Assembly (NCBI GenBank): GCA_039186435.1 | Contig: JBCDAA010000003.1 | Coordinates: 1-60,857 of the forward strand | Source: Myxococcota bacterium | GTDB taxonomy: Bacteria > Myxococcota_A > Polyangia > Polyangiales > Houyiibacteriaceae | Direction of reading: 5' to 3' | DNA: 60,857 nucleotides | Shown: in pieces, positions 28,986-37,179 of the stretch | How the letters are laid out: the number at the start of each line of letters is the position of its first letter | Position numbering within the stretch: position 1 is the stretch's first letter | The notes under the pieces: generated by a model | What the model was told of the DNA's origin: nothing | Database searches by the model: none | What the model saw: only the letters and a program-made list of their open reading frames with translations | Made by a program: the position numbers and the translations under genes

Positions 28986-29729
28986 TCAGGCTCGCACGTT
29001 GTCGATCGCTCGGTTGATCGCATCGACGCCGAACCAGCGATACATCGCGCCCGCGACGCCGCCGAGGCGCTGGCTGTACGCCTCGCTCTGAAAGAAATCG
29101 AGGGCGTCGACGTACGTGCCGTGATCTTCGAGCACCATCGCCGGATCGCAGAGCTGGCCCATGGCGGCCTCGCGTCCATCCCACTCTTGAACCGCGTCTC
29201 GATGCATGCCCCACCCAAGACGCCGGCCACTTCGCTCGAGTTTCGCGCGGGCGCCTGCGAAGAGTGCGGGGTCGACGATGTAGCCATCCACCGGAATCCA
29301 ACCTCCGTCGAGACGCACCTCGGTGTAGGCGTGGTTGAGCCTTGCGGGAAATCCCCCGAGGCCGTGCAGGACCCGGTTGTCGATGGTCACGAAGTGCAGC
29401 AGCGCGTCGACGTTGACGGCGTGCAGCAAGCTCGCAAACAGGACGCCGGTGGGATTGCAATGCCCTCGTTTGGCGTCGAGGGTTTGACCGGGGCGCGCTT
29501 CGTCGAAGTAGGGCGTGAAGCCGAAGCGGATCTCGTCCCGGACGAAGCGGTAGATCGCGATGGCGCGTTCTCGGGGGGAGGTCGCGCCGGCAGTGATCGC
29601 TTCGGCGAGCTCCTGTACGGCAGGGGAGGGCTCGTCGACGCGAGGCAGGGTCTGCGCATTTCGAACGCACGCGGCGCCACCAAGAAGGGCCGCCGCGCCG
29701 AGAAAGCGGCGTCTTGTGGGGGAGATCAT
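28986..29729 (-). CDS. Tat-exported transglutaminase-like protein
   Basis: TRRRFL Tat motif. Cys-His-Asp triad in GHCNP, NHAYTEV and VDGY. Confidence 0.85.
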   Translation of the reverse strand: MISPTRRRFLGAAALLGGAACVRNAQTLPRVDEPSPAVQELAEAITAGATSPRERAIAIYRFVRDEIRFGFTPYFDEARPGQTLDAKRGHCNPTGVLFASLLHAVNVDALLHFVTIDNRVLHGLGGFPARLNHAYTEVRLDGGWIPVDGYIVDPALFAGARAKLERSGRRLGWGMHRDAVQEWDGREAAMGQLCDPAMVLEDHGTYVDALDFFQSEAYSQRLGGVAGAMYRWFGVDAINRAIDNVRA

Positions 29730-29740
29730 AACGGTGTTAT
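29728..29740. promoter_or_regulatory. Palindromic operator candidate for the divergent TetR
   Basis: ATAAC-GGT-GTTAT overlaps the start codon of the transglutaminase gene in the 51-bp divergent gap. Confidence 0.6.
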
Positions 29741-29780
29741 ATCAAGGTCTACTTCGAGCGATCGGCAAGGCGAAAAAGAG

Positions 29781-30341
29781 ATGAGTCGCAACGACGACGT
29801 CGCGCGGGCCCTTCGGGATGCCGCGAGCCAGCTTCTGACCATTCATGGGCCGACAGGGCTTTCGGTTCGCGCGGTGGCGACCGCGGCAGGCCAGACGACG
29901 ATGGCGGTCTACAGCCGCTTTGGCGGCAAGGCAGGCTTGCTCGATGCGCTCTATCAAGAGGGCTTCGGCGTGCTGGCCGATGCCCAAGCGGCGGTTCCGG
30001 AGAGCGAGGATCCGCTTCGGGATCTGGAAAAGCTCCTCATGCGCTATCGGCACACTGCGCTCGTTCATGCTGCGCACTACGCGCTGATGTTCGGCGGCAA
30101 AGGGTTCACGCCTTCAGACGCGAGTCGACAGGTGGCGTGGTCGACCTTTGAGCATCTCGCGGGGCGGGTGAAGCGCTGTCAGGATGCAGCGCAGCTTGCG
30201 CCGGGCGATCCCCTGAAGATTGCGCACGCGATTTTCGCGCTCTGTCACGGACTGGTCGCCGTGGAGATGGAGGGGATGGCGGAAGGTGCGGACGCATACC
30301 GCGAAGCCGTGCGCGCGCTCCTTCGCGGGTTCGCGCCATAA
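29781..30341 (+). CDS. TetR/AcrR regulator with a WHG-type C-terminal domain
   Basis: HTH LSVRAVATAAG..TMAVYSRFGGK, YALMFG, and FALCHGLV. Confidence 0.9.
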   Translation: MSRNDDVARALRDAASQLLTIHGPTGLSVRAVATAAGQTTMAVYSRFGGKAGLLDALYQEGFGVLADAQAAVPESEDPLRDLEKLLMRYRHTALVHAAHYALMFGGKGFTPSDASRQVAWSTFEHLAGRVKRCQDAAQLAPGDPLKIAHAIFALCHGLVAVEMEGMAEGADAYREAVRALLRGFAP

Positions 30342-30372
30342 CCCGATGCTACGCTCGAGGCGCCGTTTTCAT

Positions 30373-30633
30373 ATGCCCAGTCCATTTCGCAAGGCCGCTC
30401 ATGTTCCGAACGCAAACGCGGACGCGAACGACGCCATCGACGAAGCGATCGCTGCGTCTCGGTCTCGCCGATTGCAGGAGCAGCGACGCGTGTTGCGACG
30501 AAGGGTGATCGGTTCCGTTCTGGCGTGCGGCGCGTTGGTGGGACTCGGCCTGACCTTCTCCTTGGGAACCGGCGAAACCCTTGCCGTTGCATTGCTCGGT
30601 GGCGTCTTCTTCCTCCTCTATTCCCACCGATGA
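30373..30633 (+). CDS. Small 2-TM hypothetical protein, paralogue of the next gene
   Basis: MPSPFR...PNANADANDAIDEAIAAS followed by an Arg-rich stretch and two TM helices. Confidence 0.6.
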   Translation: MPSPFRKAAHVPNANADANDAIDEAIAASRSRRLQEQRRVLRRRVIGSVLACGALVGLGLTFSLGTGETLAVALLGGVFFLLYSHR

Positions 30634-30714
30634 GACACGGATCGGAATAACCATACGGCGTCCGATTTAGTGACGGCATCGCTCGCGGGTGAAGGCGTAA
30701 AGAAAGCGTCAGGC

Positions 30715-31278
30715 ATGAGCAGCCCTTTTCGTCAGCCGGCTTCGGCACCGAACGCGAACACGGAAGCAAACGACGCGATCGACGAAGCGATCGCCGCGTC
30801 CAAGGCCCGTCGTCGAAGGTCGCGGCGGCGAGCCCTGGTGGGAAAGGTGATCGCCGCCGTTCTCGTTTGCACGGCGCTGGTTGGGTTCGGCTTCACTTCG
30901 GGCGGCACCGCCTGGGCCGGGGTAGTTGCGGTAGCGATTCTAGGGGTCCTCTTCGTGCTGGTCTTTCACGGGCGTGACGATCCGGGACGCAGTGTCGATC
31001 CCGTCGCTGGGTGGGCCCAATCGGCGTACGACGCGCCTCCGCGGCCGGAGGAACCCGTGCGCTCTCGAAACGCGCGAAGGGCCGTTCTCGTGTGTTTGGC
31101 AGGCTGCGCCAACACGGGGTGGTTTCTTGCGGCGGGAACGATCAACGAACGGTCGATCGAGGAAGCACCGTTGCACGATGTCCTGCTGGGGGCCGGTTTT
31201 TCGTTCGTGTTCGGGGTGTTCTTCGCCGCAGTCTTTGGTGGCCTTGCGCTCGCGCTCTTGAAGAGAGTGAAGCGCTAG
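30715..31278 (+). CDS. Multi-TM hypothetical protein
   Basis: MSSPFR...PNANTEANDAIDEAIAAS followed by an Arg-rich stretch and about four TM helices. Confidence 0.6.
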   Translation: MSSPFRQPASAPNANTEANDAIDEAIAASKARRRRSRRRALVGKVIAAVLVCTALVGFGFTSGGTAWAGVVAVAILGVLFVLVFHGRDDPGRSVDPVAGWAQSAYDAPPRPEEPVRSRNARRAVLVCLAGCANTGWFLAAGTINERSIEEAPLHDVLLGAGFSFVFGVFFAAVFGGLALALLKRVKR

Positions 31279-31703
31279 ACGGAGGCGTCGCTTCCAGCGT
31301 CCGCGGCTGCGTCGCTGGCCGCATCGGCCCCGGTGTCCGCAGGAGCGTCCATCGCGGCGTCTTCCATTGCGGCGTCTTCCGTTGCTGCGTCTTCGGCAGC
31401 GTCTTCCGTTGCTGCGTCTTCGGCAGCGTCGACGGTCGCGTCTTCGACTGCAGCGTCTTCCCCGGCGTCAAATCCGCTGTCGAAACCGGCGTCGAATCCG
31501 CTGTCGAACCCGGCGTCAAAAGGAACGCATTCGCAGGCGGCGAAGTTGCCGTTGGGCATGCAGGTTTGCTCCCCGCGACATCCTCCCGGCCCAGCGCAGA
31601 TTTGACGGTCCCCGGTGTTGCATCGGACGGCGCCGCCTCCGTCGTCGTCTCCGCAGCCAATGCAAGCAAGCGCCGCGAGTGCGGCTATCCAAAGCGAACG
31701 CAT
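31275..31703 (-). CDS. Small Cys-rich lipoprotein with a D/A/E repeat tail
   Basis: MRSLWIAALAALACIGC, CNTGDRQIC.GPGGC.G.QTC...C.C, and FD(A/S)G and EDAA repeats. Confidence 0.7.
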   Translation of the reverse strand: MRSLWIAALAALACIGCGDDDGGGAVRCNTGDRQICAGPGGCRGEQTCMPNGNFAACECVPFDAGFDSGFDAGFDSGFDAGEDAAVEDATVDAAEDAATEDAAEDAATEDAAMEDAAMDAPADTGADAASDAAADAGSDASV

Positions 31704-31734
31704 GCAGTAGCCATACCCCGCGGTGGCGGTGATG

Positions 31735-31935
31735 TCAGGCAATCCGCGCAAGGACGGCGCGCGCGGTGCTGCTGAGCCCCTCCGGGTCGAGCGCCGCTTC
31801 GAACTCCCGCTGTCGCAGGGCACGTGCGTGGGCCTCGCGCCGCTCCTCCTCCGAAAGGTCGTACCAGGCGGCGTGATAGCGCAGTCCGCCCGCGCGATAC
31901 GCGCCCGCGACCTCTTCGATCAACTCGTCGTTCAT
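31735..31935 (-). CDS. Small hypothetical protein coupled to the ECF sigma gene
   Basis: ATGA overlap with the sigma stop. 66 aa, MNDELIEEVAGAYR...EAALDPEGLSSTARAVLARIA. Confidence 0.65.
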   Translation of the reverse strand: MNDELIEEVAGAYRAGGLRYHAAWYDLSEEERREAHARALRQREFEAALDPEGLSSTARAVLARIA

Positions 31936-32483
31936 GACCAGGCCTCTCGGAGTTCCACGCCGTACTTTCGAAGACACGCTTCGAGGAGCTTTCGTGCGCG
32001 GGTGAGGTTCTGCAGGAAGGTGTTCTTCTTCATGCCGAGGCGCGCGGCGGTTGTGAAGTCTGCTTCGCCGCCGGCCGCTTCCATGCGTGCGTTCAGCGCG
32101 GCCTTGGGTTTGGGGGGCAGCTTTTCTCGGCAGCGCACGATCGTTTCGCGCAGGAGCGGGTCAGGCTCATGCGCCACAGCGGCCGGGTCCTCCGTGAGGG
32201 AGGCCGGTTCCTTTCCGCGCCGGCGCAGCTCGCTGATGCAGAGGTTTCGACCGATGCGATGTCCGAGACGCAGCAGTCCGTTTTCCCGGCCGTCCGCTTG
32301 GAAGCGCGGAGCGACCTGCCACACGCGGAGAAGTGTTTCTTGAAGAACGGCTTCGACGTCGACCTGCGCGGCGAAACGCCCGAGGCTTCGGCGGAGCGGA
32401 GGCTCCGCGTCGGCCATCCAGCGCGCGAAGCTCTGGCTGTCCCCGGATGCGATCGCCGGCAGGTAGACGTCGAGGTTCTTCAT
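31932..32483 (-). CDS. ECF-subfamily RNA polymerase sigma factor
   Basis: GDSQSFARW, region 2 DVEAVLQETLLRVW...RNLCISELRR, and region 4 LPPK...AARLGM...TRARKLL. Confidence 0.85.
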   Translation of the reverse strand: MKNLDVYLPAIASGDSQSFARWMADAEPPLRRSLGRFAAQVDVEAVLQETLLRVWQVAPRFQADGRENGLLRLGHRIGRNLCISELRRRGKEPASLTEDPAAVAHEPDPLLRETIVRCREKLPPKPKAALNARMEAAGGEADFTTAARLGMKKNTFLQNLTRARKLLEACLRKYGVELREAWS

Positions 32484-34951
32484 CGACCCGTCGCGAGCGA
32501 GAGAATCTCCGAGACGGCGGCGCGGCGAAGGGAGCCGACGTCGGCGTCGACGTGCAGCTTCTTTGTGCGCTTCGGGGCGTTCACGCCGAGCCCAAGGAAA
32601 AGCCAGTTCCCGGAGCGTTTGAGCTCCTCCTCGGTGAAGTCGCCGACGCCCGCCTCGATCGTGAGGTTGACCTCTGCGGTCGAGAGCGTCGCGATCGCGG
32701 CGCGAAGCTCTTCGAGAGCGGCCGCGTTTCGTGCCCGAAGGAGGATGTGCAGCTCGATCGGCTTCGCTTTGACGTCGGCTCCGAGTCGGCGACTCGCCTC
32801 TGAGGCTTCGCCGATAGAGAGCATGGTGTCTTCGGACGCGCCGCGCTTTGTCAGCGCCATCAGAAGATCGTGGACCTTGATGCGCAGGATGGCAGCGAGT
32901 TCGCGGACCTTCATCGGGCGATGGATTTCGACCTTCTTCTTCTTGGTTTGCTTCAGCTTCCGGCGGGTCGGCTTCTTAGGGACTGGGGGCATCGACGGTG
33001 CCCCTACGCCACCTTCGCGACGAGGTACGGGCGCCCGGCGCCGACGACCGCGGCTCTGAGGAGCAGGCATAGATGCTGGCGCCGGCGCGGACATCGGGGC
33101 CCGCATCTCGCGCAGGACGCCGGTCTGCGTGACCGCTCGCGAGGCGCGCCGAAGCCCGAGGCCTTCGATCGAGATCCCGGCCGGAAGCGCGTGCGGCATC
33201 GCCACGCGCCGCTTCGGGTCACTCGCCCCGACGGTCGCTTCCTTCGTTGCGGCAATCCACGAGGTGAGACGGGTCGCAATCGAAAACGCGAGGCCTGTCT
33301 CTTCGATGGCCTTGTCCTGCGGTGAGCCCGCCGCCGTCTGCATTTCGAGGTCCGCTACCTTTTCGCGCCCGAAGCGCGTGACGACTCCCATCGATCCTGC
33401 GCCGAGCGTAAGCGCAGGAACCTCGAGCTCTCGCTCGAAGCGGCCCGTCGCCGTGCGTCCCTCGATCCGAAGCGTGCCGCCTTCCTGACGCAGCCGAAGC
33501 GAAATGGACGCCGGGCCTGCCGCGAAAAGATCGGGAAGCTGGGTCGGTGCGGTTTCGACAAGCGCACTCCCGCTCACCGTGACCTCCGTGACGATGGGTG
33601 CGCGGGTGTGGGCCACCAAGCGCGCGGCGGCGCGTTCCGCGTCTTCCCCAAGACCGACGATGAGCTCCGCGCCTTTGCCCGCGCGAGCCGCGTGCTGCGT
33701 CAGCGTTCGGTTCGGTGCCGAGCTCACGCCGAGCGTGTGCAGCCGAACCCCGGCTGGCAGCGAACTCATCAGCGTCGAAACGATCTGCTGCTCGAAGCCG
33801 ATGTAGCCGTCGGTCATGAGAACGATCTGGCGCTGCGCATCATCCCGAAGCGGCCGAAGGGCCTCGAGAAGCGCGGCGTGCATCTCGGTGCCGCCGCCCG
33901 CGCGAAGGGACTGGACCCACTCCGAGGCGGAGGCTTTCCCGTCCTTGGTCGCGACGATCGCTTCGGGACGAAAGCGCTGCGGCCGGGACGAGAACGCGAT
34001 CATCTCGATGCGGTCACTCGGGCTCAACGTATCGATGAGTGCGAGAGCCACGCGCTTCACCTGATCTAGGGGACGTCCGCCCATCGAGCCGCTGATGTCG
34101 AGGAGCAGTAGAAGATCGCGCGGCGTCGACGTCATGGCCACGCGAGGCGGAACCAATGAAAGCAGACCAAAGGTGTCGCCGGAATGGGCAGCGTCGCTGG
34201 GCCGTGCAAGCGTGAGCTTCGCGCCCACTTCCGGAGCGCGTCCTTCCCAACGAACGACCACGTCACGATCGAGCGCGGCGTTTTCGAAGCGAACTTCGGC
34301 ACGCTCGCCCTGGCGCTTGCTACTCGTGCGATGAGACGGCGATTCGATGGCCGCGTCTTCGGGTAGCGATGCGATGGCAAGGGCGAGGCTCGTGCGGGTG
34401 CCGATGTCGCGATCGGCGATGTCGACGGTGAGTTTGGCGGAGTCCGAGACGCCGGCGCTTTGATAGCGAGGCGCGACGACGGTGGGAAAGCGCCATTCCC
34501 AGCGACCGTCGGCGAGCCAGCGGAGCGGCTGGTCGATGACGATCTCTGCGACGACCTCTTCGCCGGGCGGAATGTTTCCGATCTCTTGCGTGAAGAGGCT
34601 CGTTCGATCTTCTTCGACAAGCGCCGCGGTGCGTCCTTCGGCGAGGGCGACTTCGAAACGCTCGCGGGCGCTTGCCCGGCGATCGACTTCGCCGACAATG
34701 CGGCGCTCCCCGATCTGAAAGGAAAAGGCGCTGACGGCTCCGTCGGAGGGAAGCGGCAGTAGATAGGTGACGTGAAGCGGTTCAGCGTGCGGATTGCGAA
34801 AGCGCTGCGTCAGCGTGACGCGAGCGAGGCTGCCGGTGGCTTCGGCGTCGAGATGCGTGCTCGTTAGGGGGAGCGTGCCTTGGGCGGTGACGAGGCGGCC
34901 ACCGGACGAGTTCGGATTCGCGGGGGTGAGAGGTGTGGTGGATAGGTTCAT
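32480..34951 (-). CDS. VIT + vWA domain protein with an IF2-like C-terminal extension
   Basis: RBS AAGGAG before ATG 34951. VIT (Q.F.NP...Y.LPLP.DGAV, F...IGNIPPG), MIDAS DISGSM, GGGT and MTDG. The C-terminus resembles IF2. Confidence 0.88.
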   Translation of the reverse strand: MNLSTTPLTPANPNSSGGRLVTAQGTLPLTSTHLDAEATGSLARVTLTQRFRNPHAEPLHVTYLLPLPSDGAVSAFSFQIGERRIVGEVDRRASARERFEVALAEGRTAALVEEDRTSLFTQEIGNIPPGEEVVAEIVIDQPLRWLADGRWEWRFPTVVAPRYQSAGVSDSAKLTVDIADRDIGTRTSLALAIASLPEDAAIESPSHRTSSKRQGERAEVRFENAALDRDVVVRWEGRAPEVGAKLTLARPSDAAHSGDTFGLLSLVPPRVAMTSTPRDLLLLLDISGSMGGRPLDQVKRVALALIDTLSPSDRIEMIAFSSRPQRFRPEAIVATKDGKASASEWVQSLRAGGGTEMHAALLEALRPLRDDAQRQIVLMTDGYIGFEQQIVSTLMSSLPAGVRLHTLGVSSAPNRTLTQHAARAGKGAELIVGLGEDAERAAARLVAHTRAPIVTEVTVSGSALVETAPTQLPDLFAAGPASISLRLRQEGGTLRIEGRTATGRFERELEVPALTLGAGSMGVVTRFGREKVADLEMQTAAGSPQDKAIEETGLAFSIATRLTSWIAATKEATVGASDPKRRVAMPHALPAGISIEGLGLRRASRAVTQTGVLREMRAPMSAPAPASMPAPQSRGRRRRAPVPRREGGVGAPSMPPVPKKPTRRKLKQTKKKKVEIHRPMKVRELAAILRIKVHDLLMALTKRGASEDTMLSIGEASEASRRLGADVKAKPIELHILLRARNAAALEELRAAIATLSTAEVNLTIEAGVGDFTEEELKRSGNWLFLGLGVNAPKRTKKLHVDADVGSLRRAAVSEILSLATGR

Positions 34952-34987
34952 GGTGGGCTCCTTGCGTTGGAATGGGTTCACCCCGTC

Positions 34988-35013
34988 AACGCAAGGGCAG
35001 GGCGCTGGTGACA
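34988..35013 (-). promoter_or_regulatory. Candidate ECF sigma promoter for the VIT-vWA/ECF operon
   Basis: Minus strand TGTCAC-N16-CGTT, about 37 bp upstream of ATG 34951. Confidence 0.45.
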
Positions 35014-35102
35014 AAGAAAATCACGAATCGGCATCTACCCGAAATCACAGACTCAATTTCCAACCCCGCGCTCGAGCCCCTCGGGATGAACCGAGGCTGA
35101 AC

Positions 35103-35331
35103 CGAGGCCATCCACAAGTTTTGACACCTGAACCGCGGCTCCAAGGCGGCCAAAGTCGAGGCCATCCACGTTTTTTGACAGTGGTTTTCTGCGAACTCGA
35201 TAGCGGCTCTAGGGCGGCCGAAGTCGAGTGGTTTTCTGCTAACTCGATCGTGGTGGACGCGTGCCCCCTTCGAAGACCCGTCCAAGAGCGGCCATGGACG
35301 AACGCGATGTCAAAAACTGTGGATGGCCTCG
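35103..35331. repeat. REPIN/MITE-like element (family member 1)
   Basis: CGAGGCCATCCAC..TTTTGACA at 35103-35126 and 35157-35180, with an inverted copy at 35308-35331. Confidence 0.75.
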
Positions 35332-35466
35332 ACCGGCTCATGGCCTCTCGGCACCCAGGACGCTGAAATCACTCGCGATCTTTCGCCTTCTGCAGCGGTC
35401 CTTGAGGATTCTTTCAGCAACGTTTCCAAGCCTTTACACCGAAGTAAAATCAGCTACCTTCACGGC

Positions 35467-37179
35467 GTGACTCGGATTGGGGTTACTAATGGGGCGTTGG
35501 GGCGCTCCTTAGGGCTGGTGCTGCTCTTCGGAGGCATCGCAGAGGCGCAGTCCGTCCCCGAAGACACTGCCGTCGCGACGCCTGCCGAAGCGCCCGAGGC
35601 GCCGGCTGAGGTCGAGCAGGCTGAAGCCGACACAGACGCCACCAACGCAAACACCACCAACACAAACGCCACCGACCCAAGCACAACCGACGCAAACGTC
35701 GCGATCGACGACACCTCGACGAATCAACGCCCCTGGTGGAGCGGAAATCAGCCGGACGGGGTCGCCCGTTCCACGGCCGCGCCGAGCTCCCAGCGCGCTG
35801 ATGAGCCAACCCCAGCCGCCGACGCCGCGGACAGCGAGCCCGAAGACGAAGACGACACGCGCCCCGTCGAGTCCGGCTTCGCGTTTGGCTCCTACGGTCG
35901 TCTCGTGGCGGCGAGCAACCTCGATGGCGGTCTTGGCCGCACCGCGAACATCGTCGCCTTCGCACCGCGCATCGACGAAGACGTCTACATGGAGCTCGAG
36001 CTTCGCCGCACCGACGTGTGGACCGGCGGGCTTCGGAGCCGCGTTGTTGCGACCGTCGCCTTCGGCGGCCCCTTCTTTCACCTCGACGGGAACTTCGACG
36101 AGAGCATCGCCGTTCGCAACCTCTACGCGGCGGTCGAAAACGCGTTGGTCGACGGCCTTGAGCTGTGGGCCGGTTCGCGCATGTGGCGCGGCGACGACGT
36201 CTACCTTTTGAACTTCTGGCCTCTCGACAACATCAACGCCCTCGGCGGCGGCGCTACCTATCGCTGGGACGCTGCGGAAGACGGCTTTGGCCTCGACGTC
36301 GCGACAGTCGTCGGCCTCACACGCCTCGATGATCCCTTTCAGCGCCAGGTCGACGGAGCGATTCCCATCGACGGGTTTTTGCCGGCGGACGTCGTCGTCC
36401 TCGATCGCCCTCGAACGACTCTCGGACTCAAAGTCACGGGCTACCCCTTCGGTCGTCGGGCGCGTACCGGACTGAAGTTCATCCTCTACGGCGAAGGCCA
36501 CTTCATTGCGGAGGGGACCCGCGAGGTAGAGGTCGGCGTAACCGAGCGACTGCCGCAGGACGGCGGCTACGTGCTCGGCGGCCAAATCGGCGGGTGGATG
36601 GCCGACAGCAACACCTTCATCAACCTGTTCTTTAAGTGGGGACGCGGCCTCGGCGCCTACAACCCCCTCGGCGTTCCCTTTCGCGAGGGTCGCGTTCAGG
36701 ACACGGAGCGCGCCCGCGAGATCTTGATTGCGCTGAGCGCCAACTACGAGACCGGGCCCTTCGGGCTTCAGCTCGGCGCGTACTACCGAAACTTTCGCGA
36801 CGCGGACCCCAGCCTCTTCGAGCGAACGCGTCTTGCCGAAGGCGTCGTGAATGTGCGCCCGCACGTTTGGATCGGACAGCGCGCGGGCCTTTCCTGGGAC
36901 CTCAGCTACCAGGCGCTGCAGGCCAATCAGCTCGACGAACGCACCGGCCAGGTCGTGCGCGGCGGCGTGACCAAGCTCGGGTTTATCCCCTTCTACTCCC
37001 CCTTCGGTCGCGGCACCTACACGCGACCTCACCTACGTTTGATCTATTCGCTGACGCTTCGGGACGCCGACGCGCAGCGCCTTTATCCTGAAGACGATCC
37101 TCGTTCACGTACCAAGGTCGAGCATTTCCTCGGCATCGGTGCGGAGTGGTGGTTCGACAGCAGCAGTTACGGACAGTGA
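35467..37179 (+). CDS. Carbohydrate porin (LamB/maltoporin-like)
   Basis: Signal peptide (AEA|Q), low-complexity linker, F.FGSYGR, Y.ELE, RNLYA, W.GSRMWRGDD.YL...WPLD, and terminal GAEWWF. Coupled to the amylase. Start uncertain. Confidence 0.75.
   Translation: MTRIGVTNGALGRSLGLVLLFGGIAEAQSVPEDTAVATPAEAPEAPAEVEQAEADTDATNANTTNTNATDPSTTDANVAIDDTSTNQRPWWSGNQPDGVARSTAAPSSQRADEPTPAADAADSEPEDEDDTRPVESGFAFGSYGRLVAASNLDGGLGRTANIVAFAPRIDEDVYMELELRRTDVWTGGLRSRVVATVAFGGPFFHLDGNFDESIAVRNLYAAVENALVDGLELWAGSRMWRGDDVYLLNFWPLDNINALGGGATYRWDAAEDGFGLDVATVVGLTRLDDPFQRQVDGAIPIDGFLPADVVVLDRPRTTLGLKVTGYPFGRRARTGLKFILYGEGHFIAEGTREVEVGVTERLPQDGGYVLGGQIGGWMADSNTFINLFFKWGRGLGAYNPLGVPFREGRVQDTERAREILIALSANYETGPFGLQLGAYYRNFRDADPSLFERTRLAEGVVNVRPHVWIGQRAGLSWDLSYQALQANQLDERTGQVVRGGVTKLGFIPFYSPFGRGTYTRPHLRLIYSLTLRDADAQRLYPEDDPRSRTKVEHFLGIGAEWWFDSSSYGQ

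Noticed and set aside
32480-32950. infB gene or pseudogene
   Set aside because: There are no GTPase motifs or domains II/IV, and the IF2-like parts are in frame with VIT-vWA and diverged, so this is treated as a domain fusion.
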